Shown in pieces: positions 34,771-44,263 of a DNA stretch of 64,000 nucleotides. Location: NCBI GenBank assembly GCA_035452965.1, contig DAOTCE010000015.1, positions 33,818 to 97,817 on the forward strand, given 5' to 3'. Position numbers and translations under genes: made by a program. The notes below the pieces were generated by a model. The model searched no databases, was not told the DNA's origin, and worked only from the letters and a program-made list of their open reading frames with translations. The stretch comes from Minisyncoccota bacterium (GTDB lineage Bacteria > Verrucomicrobiota > Verrucomicrobiia > Limisphaerales > UBA8199). Position 1 is the first letter of the stretch. Every line of letters begins with the position of its first letter.

Positions 34771-34807
34771 CCGAAGCGGCAGCTGCCTCCAAATAGAAAA
34801 AACTCCT
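34771..34807 (+). promoter_or_regulatory. Copy 2 of the conserved 37-nt intergenic motif
   Basis: CCGAAGCGGCAGCTGCCTCCAAATAGAAAAAACTCCT lies 109 nt upstream of the ATG (34916) of the third GH106-like gene, in the same orientation as copy 1. Confidence 0.5.
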
Positions 34808-34915
34808 TGCGCAGATTCGGGCGCAATAGGGGTTGTGGTACTGGGGGTTTTCGGGTTTGCTGGTGGGGGCGTGCACCGGAAGGTGCCACCCAGGCGAGAG
34901 TCGAAAGAGAGCACT

Positions 34916-37900
34916 ATGCGAAACAGGATCACCCCCGTAAATCTGTGGCTGACCATATCCACCATGGCCAGCCTTTTTTTGACCGCGAACCTTGACGCTG
35001 CGGCAAGCGACCTTGCCCGGGGCTTCGCTTCGCCGCCTCAGTCCGCCAAGCCGTGGGTCTATTGGTTCTGGTTGGATGGAAATATCACACGCGAGGGAAT
35101 CACCGCCGACCTGGAGGCCATGCGGCGGGTGGGGATTGGCGGGGTGCTGATCATGGAAGTGGACCAGGGAGCGCCCCCAGGGCCCGCGCGGTTTGCCAGC
35201 CCACAGTGGCGCGAGCTCTTCAAGTTCATGCTCACCGAGGCCAAACGACTGGGCCTGGAAGTCAACATGAACAACGACGCCGGCTGGTGCGGGAGCGGCG
35301 GGCCGTGGATTCCGCCCGCGCTGGCCATGCAGAAAGTGGTGTGGACGACCACCAACCTGGATGGGCCGCGCCGGTTCGAGGGGGTGCTCCCGGAACCGCA
35401 AAGAGTGGCGAATTACTATGAGGACATCGCCGTGCTGGCCTTCCCAACTCCAGCGGAGTATCAGATCGAGAACATCCAGGCCAAGGCGGCGTTCATCCGT
35501 CAGGAAGTGCCGTTCAGGAAGTTGTCGGAGCCACTCCCGGTGGAGAAGACCATTGCTCGCGGCGGCAGCCGCGAGTTGACGGCGCAGATGGGCAAAGATG
35601 GCCGGCTGGCGTGGGATGTGCCGCCTGGCAAGTGGACGGTGCTACGCTTAGGCCATACCCCGACCGGCAAAGATAATCATCCCGCGCCGCTTGATGGCCG
35701 GGGACTGGAGTGTGACAAGCTGAGCCGCAAAGCGGCGGACGCCATGTTCGAGGGACTGATGGGCAAGCTTATCGCGGATTCCAAGGCGCTGGCGGGCAAG
35801 ACGCTGGTGGCGACGCACATTGATAGCTGGGAGGTGGGATCGCAGAACTGGACCCTGGCCTTCCGCGAGGAGTTCAAGCGGTTGCGCGGCTACGACCCAT
35901 TGCCCTTCCTGCCGGTGATGACGGGGCGCGTAGTGGAGAGCCTGGAAGTATCCGAGCGGTTCCTGTGGGACCTGCGCCAGACCATTTCAGAGTTGGTGGT
36001 GGCGAACTACGCGGGGCGGTTTCGCGAGCTGGCGCACGAACACGGGTTGCGGCTCTCCATCGAGGCATACGATGGCTGCTGCGACGACATGACCTACGCC
36101 GGCCAGGCCGATGAACCGATGGGCGAATTTTGGTCATGGACTTTTGGCAGCGGCGCGGATTGGTGCACCGAGATGGCCTCTGCAGCACACATTTACGGAA
36201 AGCCCATTCTGGGCGCCGAAGCGTTCACGGCAACGGACAAAGAGAAGTGGCTCGGGCATCCAGGCGGCATCAAGGCGCTGGGCGACTGGGCATTCTGCGA
36301 AGGAATCAACCGGTTTGTGTTCCACCGCTATGCGTTACAGCCGTGGCGGGATGTGAAGCCCGGCATGTCTATGGGGCCGTGGGGGCTGCATTACGAGCGC
36401 ACGACGACCTGGTGGGAACAGTCCACAGCCTGGCACGAGTATTTGTCCCGCTGTCAGTACTTGCTCCAGCAGGGGCAATTCATTGCGGATGTCTGCTACC
36501 TGTCGCCGGAAGCGTCGCCCTATCGCTTCCGCGCTCCGCCGACGCCCGGGAACCCGTCGCATCGGCCTGCCTACAACTTCGACGGCTGCACCCCTGAGGC
36601 AGTGCTGACACGTATGAAAGTGAAGGGCGGACGGCTCGTTTTGCCCAGTGGCATGAGCTACCGCGTGCTTGTCCTGCCCGAGGTGGAAACGATGACTCCC
36701 AAACTGCTGCGCAAAGTCAGGGATCTAGTCGAAGCAGGCGCGACAGTCGTTGGGCCAGCCCCGTTGAGGTCGCCCAGCCTCTCGAACTTTCCGCAGTGCG
36801 ACGAGGAAATCGCGACGCTCACGCGCGAGCTTTGGGGCGGCGGGGCAGGGGAGGGGACCAGCTTGTTCGGGCGGGGCCGAGTGATTTGGCCCATTGAGCA
36901 AAGGGAACAAGAGCCGCAGGACATGCCAGCCCGACTTGGGTCGGCCAAGTGGATCTGGTTTAAGGAAGGCAATCCGGCCGCAGCGGTGCCCGCCGGCCGA
37001 CGCTACTTCCGTCGAGTGCTAAACCTGGAAGCGGCGGCAGAGGTTGAATCCGCACCAATGGTGATGACCGCCGACAATGAATTCGAGCTTTGGGTCAACG
37101 GTCGTCGTGCCGGAGGAGGAGCAGACTTCAATCATACCTTTGCAATGGACTGCGCGCGCCTACTTGTGCCGGGTTCGAACTTGCTGGCGGTGGCGGCCGT
37201 AAACGGCGCGGATGCACCCAATCCCGCGGCATTGATTGGCAACCTGATTATCAAGTATCGCAGTGGCCGCACCATCCAGGTGCCCACCGACGGCAAATGG
37301 GAGTCGGCCAGGACGGTCCAGGGCGACTGGCGCGGCGACGTGCAGGCCCCCGGAGCCTGGGAACCGGCGCTGGAAGTCGGGGCGCTGGGGATGGCGCCTT
37401 GGGGAGACGTCACGGCACAGGCGCAGGCGCCGTACCCGAGCGCGGAGGCAACTGCGGTCCTGCTGCGCAAACTGGGCGTGCCGCCGGACTTTGATTACGC
37501 GACCCAGAGCACGGAGCGGAGCCTGCGCTACATCCACAAGCGGCTTGGCAAGACAGACCTCTATTTCGTGGCCAACGAGAAGCCGCACCCCGAGGCAGCG
37601 GTGTGCAGCTTCCGCGTTCAAGGCAAACGGCCAGAGCTATGGTGGCCGGACAGCGGGAAGATCGAACAGTCGGCGGTGTATGACGAGACAGGCGGCTGCG
37701 TGCGGATGCCGATTCATTTTGACGCAAGCGGCTCGGTCTTCGTGATGTTCCGCCCGGGCGGCGACCTGGAGCGGGACCGGATCATAGCCGTGGAGCGAAA
37801 CGGTGAAGCACTGGTTGACTTACGTAAGCAAGAACTGTCGGCGCCTGTGTTGGAAGAGGCCGTAATTGGGTTGGTTCGCGGCAAGGCGGGCACCGTGCAG

Positions 37901-38560
37901 GCGGACGTTCGTAAGCCGGGCAAATATGCATTGGTTTCCGCAGATGGATCCCGGCGGGAGTTCGAAGCCGACACCTTACCCGAGCCGTTAGAGATCACCG
38001 GCCCTTGGCAGGTGCGGTTCGCGCCCGGAGGCGGAGCGCCAGCGCAAGTCACGCTTGACCGGCTGATCTCCTGGAGCCAACACGGGGATTCGGGCGTGAG
38101 ATACTTTTCGGGCACGGCGACTTACCATAGGACTTTTGACCTGCCAACGGGGTTCGCAGCACGGCACCGGCGGTTATGCTTGGATCTTGGCCGAGTTGAA
38201 GTGATGGCGGAGGTGAAGCTCAATGGCAAGAATCTCGGCATCCTCTGGAAGCAGCCGTATTGTGTGGACGTGACCGACACGGTGAAGCCGGGGCAGAACA
38301 AGTTGGAGCTGGCGGTCGTCAATCTCTGGCCCAACCGGCAAATCGGCGACGAGCGACTGCCCGAGGACAGCGAGCGCAATCCAAACGGCACCCTCAAGCA
38401 ATGGCCGCAATGGCTGCTCGACGGCAAGCCGAGCCCGACCGGGCGCCACACGTTCACAAGCTGGCGCCTGTGGCAGCGAGATTCCCCGCTGGTCGAGTCT
38501 GGCCTGCTCGGGCCCGTGACGTTGCGGCCAGCAGAGCGGGTGATGCTTTCACCCAAGTGA
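34916..38560 (+). CDS. GH106-like secreted glycosidase paralog (with rhamnosidase-N/galactose-binding-like insert)
   Basis: The ORF opens at 34835; the ATG at 34916 gives MRNRITPVNLWLTISTMASLFLTANLDAAA. Shared blocks are FASPPQSAKPWVYWFWLDGNITREGITADLEAMRRVGIGGVLIMEVD and YFSGTATYHRTF..LGRVEVMAEVKLNGKNLGILW..LWPNRQIGDE. The insert AKWIWFKEGNP..YFRRVL..ELWVNGRRAG..GSNLLAVAA matches that of the 2015-aa ORF-track paralog. Confidence 0.82.
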   Translation: MRNRITPVNLWLTISTMASLFLTANLDAAASDLARGFASPPQSAKPWVYWFWLDGNITREGITADLEAMRRVGIGGVLIMEVDQGAPPGPARFASPQWRELFKFMLTEAKRLGLEVNMNNDAGWCGSGGPWIPPALAMQKVVWTTTNLDGPRRFEGVLPEPQRVANYYEDIAVLAFPTPAEYQIENIQAKAAFIRQEVPFRKLSEPLPVEKTIARGGSRELTAQMGKDGRLAWDVPPGKWTVLRLGHTPTGKDNHPAPLDGRGLECDKLSRKAADAMFEGLMGKLIADSKALAGKTLVATHIDSWEVGSQNWTLAFREEFKRLRGYDPLPFLPVMTGRVVESLEVSERFLWDLRQTISELVVANYAGRFRELAHEHGLRLSIEAYDGCCDDMTYAGQADEPMGEFWSWTFGSGADWCTEMASAAHIYGKPILGAEAFTATDKEKWLGHPGGIKALGDWAFCEGINRFVFHRYALQPWRDVKPGMSMGPWGLHYERTTTWWEQSTAWHEYLSRCQYLLQQGQFIADVCYLSPEASPYRFRAPPTPGNPSHRPAYNFDGCTPEAVLTRMKVKGGRLVLPSGMSYRVLVLPEVETMTPKLLRKVRDLVEAGATVVGPAPLRSPSLSNFPQCDEEIATLTRELWGGGAGEGTSLFGRGRVIWPIEQREQEPQDMPARLGSAKWIWFKEGNPAAAVPAGRRYFRRVLNLEAAAEVESAPMVMTADNEFELWVNGRRAGGGADFNHTFAMDCARLLVPGSNLLAVAAVNGADAPNPAALIGNLIIKYRSGRTIQVPTDGKWESARTVQGDWRGDVQAPGAWEPALEVGALGMAPWGDVTAQAQAPYPSAEATAVLLRKLGVPPDFDYATQSTERSLRYIHKRLGKTDLYFVANEKPHPEAAVCSFRVQGKRPELWWPDSGKIEQSAVYDETGGCVRMPIHFDASGSVFVMFRPGGDLERDRIIAVERNGEALVDLRKQELSAPVLEEAVIGLVRGKAGTVQADVRKPGKYALVSADGSRREFEADTLPEPLEITGPWQVRFAPGGGAPAQVTLDRLISWSQHGDSGVRYFSGTATYHRTFDLPTGFAARHRRLCLDLGRVEVMAEVKLNGKNLGILWKQPYCVDVTDTVKPGQNKLELAVVNLWPNRQIGDERLPEDSERNPNGTLKQWPQWLLDGKPSPTGRHTFTSWRLWQRDSPLVESGLLGPVTLRPAERVMLSPK

Positions 38561-38818
38561 CAGGCAATTCCAATAGTGCCAGGTAGGCGCATTTGGCCCG
38601 AGAAACCGCCGACTGGCCACACTTGGCGACGCGACGCCAGGATTCTGGGCGCTAAGCACAATTGAGGATGTCACGCCTCTGTAGGGTCGTAGGCTTCGTC
38701 CTGGAGGCTGCGAATGCAGCGTTTTTGAGCCATTAAGGCCCCGCCCCATCCTCCCGCGCTCCAGTGCTCCAGCCCCCTGTTCCTCGGCGAAATTGCCGTC
38801 CATGCGGAAAGTGGTGCC

Positions 38819-39143
38819 GTGTCCATTTTTGAGACAGTTGCGATTGTCAGCCCCGCCGCAGGAGATCGAAGTGCCGGGGCGACAACGGTGTGACCCCCGT
38901 GATACCCCGGTGTGTATCCCATGGGGATCGCTCCCCATGGGATACACACCGTAGTCCCACCGGATTGCCGCCGTTCCATCGCCATAGTTGGACTTGGCCT
39001 GCGGGGCCTCCGGCCTGGGGCACTTGTGGTGCCTGTGGTTAGGGCGGCAGTTGGTGGGCGCGGCCGGATGGACCCGGCTTGCGGCGCGTTTTTTGAGCCC
39101 ACCTGCCTGGTTGAACCGTTCTAATCGAAACTGGCCAGGTTGG
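38819..39143 (+). repeat. Copy C of the interspersed hairpin element (full length)
   Basis: The hairpin GGTGTGTATCCCATGGGGA-TCGC-TCCCCATGGGATACACACC is at 38909-38950. It is flanked by GCGACAACGGTG (38879-38890) and CCGTT..CATCGCC (38971-38983), which can pair as an outer helix. It is collinear with the reverse complement of copy A over ~300 bp. It lies between the convergent GH106-like and OmpA-like genes. Confidence 0.75.
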
Positions 39144-39283
39144 ATTCGGCGCTACCGACAGGGAATGCTGTAGTGGATTGCCGAAATCACGCAGTTGGAT
39201 ACCAGAGTGGTAAGTAAATTGTAGGCTCGCAATGACCCAGAGCTGCGAGGTGCGCAGGAAACAGCTCCCGGGGCGCAAGCACG

Positions 39284-40084
39284 TCAGTTAGCCTGCCGGT
39301 CCACAGACGCCTCGGCCTCGGGTGCGGGCGGCTTGGGTTGCGAGGAGGGCGGGGGAGTGGTTCCGGTGGCGTTCGGCGCGGTGGTGTCGGCGCCTGCCAT
39401 TTCTTCGGATAAAATGGTGATGGCAATACGGCGGTTGCGGGCGCGGCCTTCGGGGGTGCTGTTGTCAGCCACGGGCCGGAACTCGCCGTAACCGACCGCG
39501 CCAAGGCGGCGAGGGTCCACGCCCGCGTTTTCCGTCAGAGCACGGACGGCGGCAGTGGCGCGAGCGGTGGAGAGTTCCCAGTTGCTCGGGTAACGGCTGC
39601 GGGCGGTCGCTTTGATGGGGACGTTGTCGGTGTGGCCGATGACATGGACCTTGAGGTTGGGATGCGCGGCGAGGATGGCGGCGACCTTGCGCAGGACCAC
39701 GGCGCCGTCGGGTTTCAAATCGGCCTCGCCGGAGTCGAAGAGGATGCGGTCCAGGATGTTCACGGTGAGCTTGCCCTGCAATTGGGAGATGGTGACATCC
39801 CTGGATTCGAGGGCGGCGCGCATTTCGTTTTCGAGGCTCTCGTGGGTGTGCAGGACGGCTTGCTTTTCCGCCTGGAGCTCCTCGATGCGAGCCTGGCTCT
39901 CGGCGAGTTGGCCCTTTAGGCCGGCCGCATCGGCCTCAGCCTTGGCGGTCGAGGTGCGGAGGGCCTCCAATTCGGCGCGAACACGTTCTACCTCGTGTTT
40001 CTTTTCCCAGGAGACCATGGCGAGCAAACCCAGCAGCAGGGCCACTGTGAGTCCACTTGCGATCATCCAGGTCTCTTTGGGCAT
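39284..40084 (-). CDS. OmpA/MotB-family peptidoglycan-binding protein with N-terminal TM helix and coiled-coil
   Basis: 266 aa with the TM segment MIASGLTVALLLGLLAMV and a coiled-coil-like ELEALRTSTAKAEADAAGLKGQLAESQARIEELQAEKQ. The OmpA_C block is VIGHTDNVPI..SNWELSTARATAAVRAL..VGYGEFRPVADNSTPEGRARNRRIAITIL. Confidence 0.85.
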   Translation of the reverse strand: MPKETWMIASGLTVALLLGLLAMVSWEKKHEVERVRAELEALRTSTAKAEADAAGLKGQLAESQARIEELQAEKQAVLHTHESLENEMRAALESRDVTISQLQGKLTVNILDRILFDSGEADLKPDGAVVLRKVAAILAAHPNLKVHVIGHTDNVPIKATARSRYPSNWELSTARATAAVRALTENAGVDPRRLGAVGYGEFRPVADNSTPEGRARNRRIAITILSEEMAGADTTAPNATGTTPPPSSQPKPPAPEAEASVDRQAN

Positions 40085-40151
40085 ACGCGGTCAGTTCGGC
40101 GCCGAGTGTAGTCCGGCGCATGGGGCCCGAAAAGCCCATTCGAGAGGCGGA

Positions 40152-42029
40152 TTAGTTCTCGGCGGAGTGCAGCCCGCCGGTGCCGGCGCGGAAGGCGATA
40201 TTCATGCGCTCCGGGTTGGCAGGGAGGGGTTGGGCACAGTTCCAGTAGCAGGCGCCGCAGTGGACGCACTTCTCGCGGTCGAAGGCGGGGACGCCGGCGG
40301 AGCCGGGGGAAATGGCCTGGCCGGAGCATAGCTCGATGCAGATCTTGGTGCCGCAGCGCTCACAGAGCTCGGGGTAGAGGAAGACAACATGGTCGGCGTA
40401 ACCGCTCGGGGCTTGGACCTTGCCCCCGAGCAGCAGGGCGTCCTGGTGCGACACGAGCAACTGGCCGTCATATGGAATCGCCGGCCAGCCGCAACGTTGC
40501 ATGAGCACGCCGTGCAAAGAGACTCCTTTGATAGCGCATTCTTTGCGGAGCTGCTGGATCTCGGCGGCTGAAACCCGCCCGCGAAAATACTCTTCCAGCG
40601 TGGGGATGCGCTTGTAAGGGGGGAGCGGCTCCCCGCGAAGGCTAAGACGGCCTTTGGTCAAGCCCGCCAGGGCCATGCCAATCATGCCGCGCACGACACC
40701 TTTCTGGAAGCCATCGCGGGAATGTTCGGCCACGCGAGCCTCGGCCTCAACCCAGCTTGCGCGGCGGCGTCGGACATAAGTCTCTTCGAGGTTTTGGCGG
40801 GTAAAGGGCTTCTTGCCTTTAAGCAGCTCAAGGACGCTTTCGGCCAGTTGCACGCCGGTGGTCCAGGCTTCGTCCACGCCGGAGCCGGTCAGGACATTGG
40901 TTGTGCCGGAGCCTTCCCCTACGCGGGCGTAGCCGTCGCCGACGAGTTGCGGCTCACCGCGTCGTCCGGATTCACCCAGGGTCTTGGCGCCCCACGAACG
41001 GAGCTTGCTGCCCTTGAGGTGTCGCCACAGATACGGATGGAGCATCCAGTGTTGCAGGTAGCGGTAGGCGGTGCGCATGGGGCTGTCGAACCAGGATGGC
41101 ACGAAGATACCCAGGGAAGCGACGCGATCCGGATGGACGTAGAGGAAACCGAAAATCTCCGGCTCCGGGAATCCGAACGTGTGCAGGACGGTGCCGGGTT
41201 TGAGGGCGCAATCCGCCGGCAGGTCCACGACAAATTTCATGCCCACCGCCCAATCGCGCGCGTGGTGGTCTTCGGGCAGGCCCAATTGAGCGTCGAGCTG
41301 CTGGCCGATAGAGCCGGTGGGGCCGTCGCCGATCACGGTGAGCGCGGCGTGGATGTCCATGCCTGGCATGAAGCCGTCGCCCGGTTTGCCTTGCTTATCC
41401 ACGCCCTGGTCGAGCAGGCGGACACCGGTGACCTTGTGATCCTCGACCAGCGCCTCGGATATGGGTGTTCCGGGCCAGATTTGGACCGTGCCGGTGCTCT
41501 GGACCTGGGCGCCGACCCATTGCAGGAACTGGCCCATCGAGAGCACCAGCCCGCCGGTCTTGTGCAGGAAGGCGGGCGACCACGGAAGCTCGACGGCCTC
41601 GTGCTTCAGTGGCAGCAATCCGCTGAATGCCCGGAGGCAGGCATCGGCCCCGCGCAACGCCCAAGAGCGCCGGCTGGCACCGATGGGATCGAGCAGATAG
41701 ACCACCTTCTCCTCCGCGACCGGGGCGGCCATGGGAATGTCCTTCGGGTCGAGATTGGGAAACGAGGCCCGCAGCCCGCGTGCCCGCGTCACAATGCCGG
41801 AGACGCCAAAGCCGATGTCATCGGCGCGCTCGTAGCAGAGGATCTGAGGCGGCGCGCCAGGCATAACCGCGCTTTCAACCGCGGGCGTGCCATCCGGGTT
41901 GAGGAGTTGCTTCGAGAGCGTGGTGAGGAATCCGGCGGTGGCCGGGCCGAAACCAACGCAGATGATATCCGCCTCCATGCGCTGGCGTTGGACCGCCTCA
42001 GCCCCAACTTCAGGAGTATCCGAGGTCAC
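40152..42029 (-). CDS. ETF:quinone oxidoreductase-like flavoprotein with fused C-terminal ferredoxin-like (FixC+FixX-type) domain
   Basis: The ORF opens at 42173. The GTG at 42029 overlaps the upstream ACAD stop (GTGA); ATG at 41978 (MEADIICVGFGPATAG) is the alternative. It has the dinucleotide-binding motif ICVGFGPATAGF. The C-terminal Cys clusters are CERCGTKICIELCSGQAI and CVHCGACYWNC. Confidence 0.82.
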   Translation of the reverse strand: MTSDTPEVGAEAVQRQRMEADIICVGFGPATAGFLTTLSKQLLNPDGTPAVESAVMPGAPPQILCYERADDIGFGVSGIVTRARGLRASFPNLDPKDIPMAAPVAEEKVVYLLDPIGASRRSWALRGADACLRAFSGLLPLKHEAVELPWSPAFLHKTGGLVLSMGQFLQWVGAQVQSTGTVQIWPGTPISEALVEDHKVTGVRLLDQGVDKQGKPGDGFMPGMDIHAALTVIGDGPTGSIGQQLDAQLGLPEDHHARDWAVGMKFVVDLPADCALKPGTVLHTFGFPEPEIFGFLYVHPDRVASLGIFVPSWFDSPMRTAYRYLQHWMLHPYLWRHLKGSKLRSWGAKTLGESGRRGEPQLVGDGYARVGEGSGTTNVLTGSGVDEAWTTGVQLAESVLELLKGKKPFTRQNLEETYVRRRRASWVEAEARVAEHSRDGFQKGVVRGMIGMALAGLTKGRLSLRGEPLPPYKRIPTLEEYFRGRVSAAEIQQLRKECAIKGVSLHGVLMQRCGWPAIPYDGQLLVSHQDALLLGGKVQAPSGYADHVVFLYPELCERCGTKICIELCSGQAISPGSAGVPAFDREKCVHCGACYWNCAQPLPANPERMNIAFRAGTGGLHSAEN

Positions 42030-44263
42030 GCGGGATAGTCCAGCGCCTCCGGGATCATGACCTTGGTCAGCGCGTCGGCCGCGCGGTCTTTGGCCAGGCG
42101 CGCGCCAGTAAGGCAACCGTCGAGCTTGGCGCGGAGGCGGACGAAGGCTTCGAGGCCGGTGAGCTTGACGCATGGGCCGGCCTTGGGCGGGTGGGATTCA
42201 TTCGCCTCGGTCACGTCGGCGAAGGCGCGGGCGGAACCGTCAATCCCGGGGATGAGGCCTTCGAGTGATTCGAGTTCTTCCGCGGAGTAACACGCCCCGC
42301 AACTGGCCTCGTCCCAGCCGGGGTGCCGGTTGTAGCCGTACACCAGTTCAGCGCAGATGCGGCCGGCTTCGCCTGCGGCGCGGGCGCTCTGCACGTGACA
42401 GAGGTCGGAAAGGAAGTTCACGAAGCCCGGCAGGCCATCTGCCAGCGCGGGATTGGCCGCGCCCTTCTCCTCAAGCTCTCGGAGGTCGAGAATAAACTGC
42501 CGCGCGGCCAGCAGCCAGCACAGCGCGTCGGCCAGCGGGAAGGTGACACTCTGGCGGCTCTTGTGGTAGAGCTTGGCGCCGTCGGCGTCGGCGGCGGCCT
42601 GCAGGTGGTTGAGCGTCCACAGCCAAAGCTTCATGGCGGTGGCGAGTGTGCAGGCGCCGGTGCCGGGGCGGAGAGAGGCGATTTGGGCCATCTCGGCGAC
42701 CCAATCCTGGAACTGGGCGAGGAACAGCTCATTGGTCATGGTGAGCGACAGCTGGAGGCGCTGGACGGCCTCCGGGCCCTCGTAGGTGGCTTCGAGCTGG
42801 GCGTCCATCCACTTCTGACCCAGGAAGCCCGGGCAATCCTCAGTGACGCCGTAGCCGCCCATGAGGCTGACGGCTTCGCGCATCATGTTGGCGCCGTGGC
42901 CGGTGTTCCAGAGCTTGCAGGCGGGGCATAGCACATTGGCTTGCGAATCGAGCAGCGCAAATTGCACGAGCGGCTCGCCTTTCAATGCCTCAAGCCGTTT
43001 CTCGTCGCGCGCGCCCGCGGGTTTCGCAGCCAGCTGCAACATCTCCAGGGCATCCTGCTGAAACTTCCCCAGAGCTTTAAAAGCAGCGCGCCCTGTGAGC
43101 TGTTTCGCCGCGAGCATCTCGTCCTTGTGCCGCTCCAGTGGATCAAGCGCATCAAACAGCCTGGCCGCGGCAAAGCCAAGCGACGCGCTCGCCTCGCCCG
43201 TGGCCCAAACATCCACCAAACGGTGCAGCACGTCTTCCTTTTGCTGCAGGCCCAGTTCATAGCGCGGCGTGCCCGGCGCACCCTGTCCGCCCCGGAATCG
43301 GCGGCGGGCATACATCACCACTGGCTCAATGGCCGAAAGCAGCTTTGCGGAGGTCATCAGCCCGACCGTGACGCGCGTGCGGCGGAAGACGGCCTCGATG
43401 ATTTCGCCGTGGGAATAACGCGGAATGATCACGCCGTCCTTGACGGTGTAGCCACCGATGATCCGGTTGGCGGGCACGCGGACGTTCAGCACCGGATCGC
43501 GCGTGGAGGAGAGTTGGTGCACCAGCTTTTTGGTAGGCGTCCCACGATCCCAGGAGCCGGGGTCGGTGTCTTCGAGGATGATCATGCAGGAGCCCTTGAG
43601 ACGCTTGTCATCCGAGTCAACGGCAGCGGTAACCACGTTGGCGAAACCCATGTTGGTGATAAAGCGGCCACGCTTCTCGACCTGGAGAAGCGGCTCCTGG
43701 CCGTCTTTCCATTCCGCGATGCGCACTTTGCCCGCCAGCATGCCGGTTTCCACCCCCACGAACGGAATCGGCTCGGTCAGTGCGAAGGCGGCGCGGATTT
43801 GCTGCCGGTTCTCGCCGGGTTTGGGGGGCGCGGCGGAGGCCAGGTAGCGCGCACGTTGCTCCGGTGTGCCGCGCTCATGGATCGGCGCCAGGCCGAGGTT
43901 GCCCGCCAGGCTCGACGTGGCCGCGCCGGCATCAACCCAGGAAAGCTCGAACGCAATCAGGGCCAGTGCCAGGTTCTTCGGCCCTTCGATGAACCCGCCG
44001 TATTGGGGGTCAAGAAAGGCGGCGGTGATGCCGCTCTCGTCAAACGCCGCCAGCAGGCTGGCTTTCTCAGGTGTCCATTCATGGGAGTTGCGCGCGCCTT
44101 GGGCGACCAGCCGGGCCACGGGGCCGCGCGCCACCGTCCGGCTCGACTGGACGAGCATGGCAAGGTCATAGCGGTCGGCAAAGCGCCACATAACCTGGCG
44201 CAGGTCGTCTCCGGGCAAGGTTTGGAGTGTCGGGATCGCTTTGGTGTCGGCGGCAGCAGGCAT
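42026..44263 (-). CDS. Long-form acyl-CoA dehydrogenase family protein
   Basis: 745 aa with ACAD-like blocks FALTEPIPFVGVETGMLAGKV and GGYGVTEDCPGFLGQKWMDAQLEATYEGPEAVQ, plus an ~200-aa C-terminal extension. It lies immediately upstream of the ETF-QO-like gene. Confidence 0.8.
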   Translation of the reverse strand: MPAAADTKAIPTLQTLPGDDLRQVMWRFADRYDLAMLVQSSRTVARGPVARLVAQGARNSHEWTPEKASLLAAFDESGITAAFLDPQYGGFIEGPKNLALALIAFELSWVDAGAATSSLAGNLGLAPIHERGTPEQRARYLASAAPPKPGENRQQIRAAFALTEPIPFVGVETGMLAGKVRIAEWKDGQEPLLQVEKRGRFITNMGFANVVTAAVDSDDKRLKGSCMIILEDTDPGSWDRGTPTKKLVHQLSSTRDPVLNVRVPANRIIGGYTVKDGVIIPRYSHGEIIEAVFRRTRVTVGLMTSAKLLSAIEPVVMYARRRFRGGQGAPGTPRYELGLQQKEDVLHRLVDVWATGEASASLGFAAARLFDALDPLERHKDEMLAAKQLTGRAAFKALGKFQQDALEMLQLAAKPAGARDEKRLEALKGEPLVQFALLDSQANVLCPACKLWNTGHGANMMREAVSLMGGYGVTEDCPGFLGQKWMDAQLEATYEGPEAVQRLQLSLTMTNELFLAQFQDWVAEMAQIASLRPGTGACTLATAMKLWLWTLNHLQAAADADGAKLYHKSRQSVTFPLADALCWLLAARQFILDLRELEEKGAANPALADGLPGFVNFLSDLCHVQSARAAGEAGRICAELVYGYNRHPGWDEASCGACYSAEELESLEGLIPGIDGSARAFADVTEANESHPPKAGPCVKLTGLEAFVRLRAKLDGCLTGARLAKDRAADALTKVMIPEALDYPA

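Noticed and set aside
34508-35401. 297-aa minus-strand ORF overlapping the start of the third GH106-like gene
   Set aside because: It has no motifs and overlaps a strongly supported CDS and the intergenic 37-nt motif. Its apparent similarity to the N-terminal extension of the ABC ORF (FFYLE.AAAS) is just the translated shared DNA motif.
38549-39124. Small ORFs encoding a recurring peptide MYPMG(S/A/I)(D/A)PHGIHTV on both strands here and at 7563-7748, 23202-23510 and 53752-54138
   Set aside because: The recurring peptide is the translation of the palindromic hairpin CCCATGGGG...CCCCATGGG and so appears on both strands. The flanking ORF sequence is not conserved as protein, so I interpret this as a DNA/RNA-level repeat rather than a gene.
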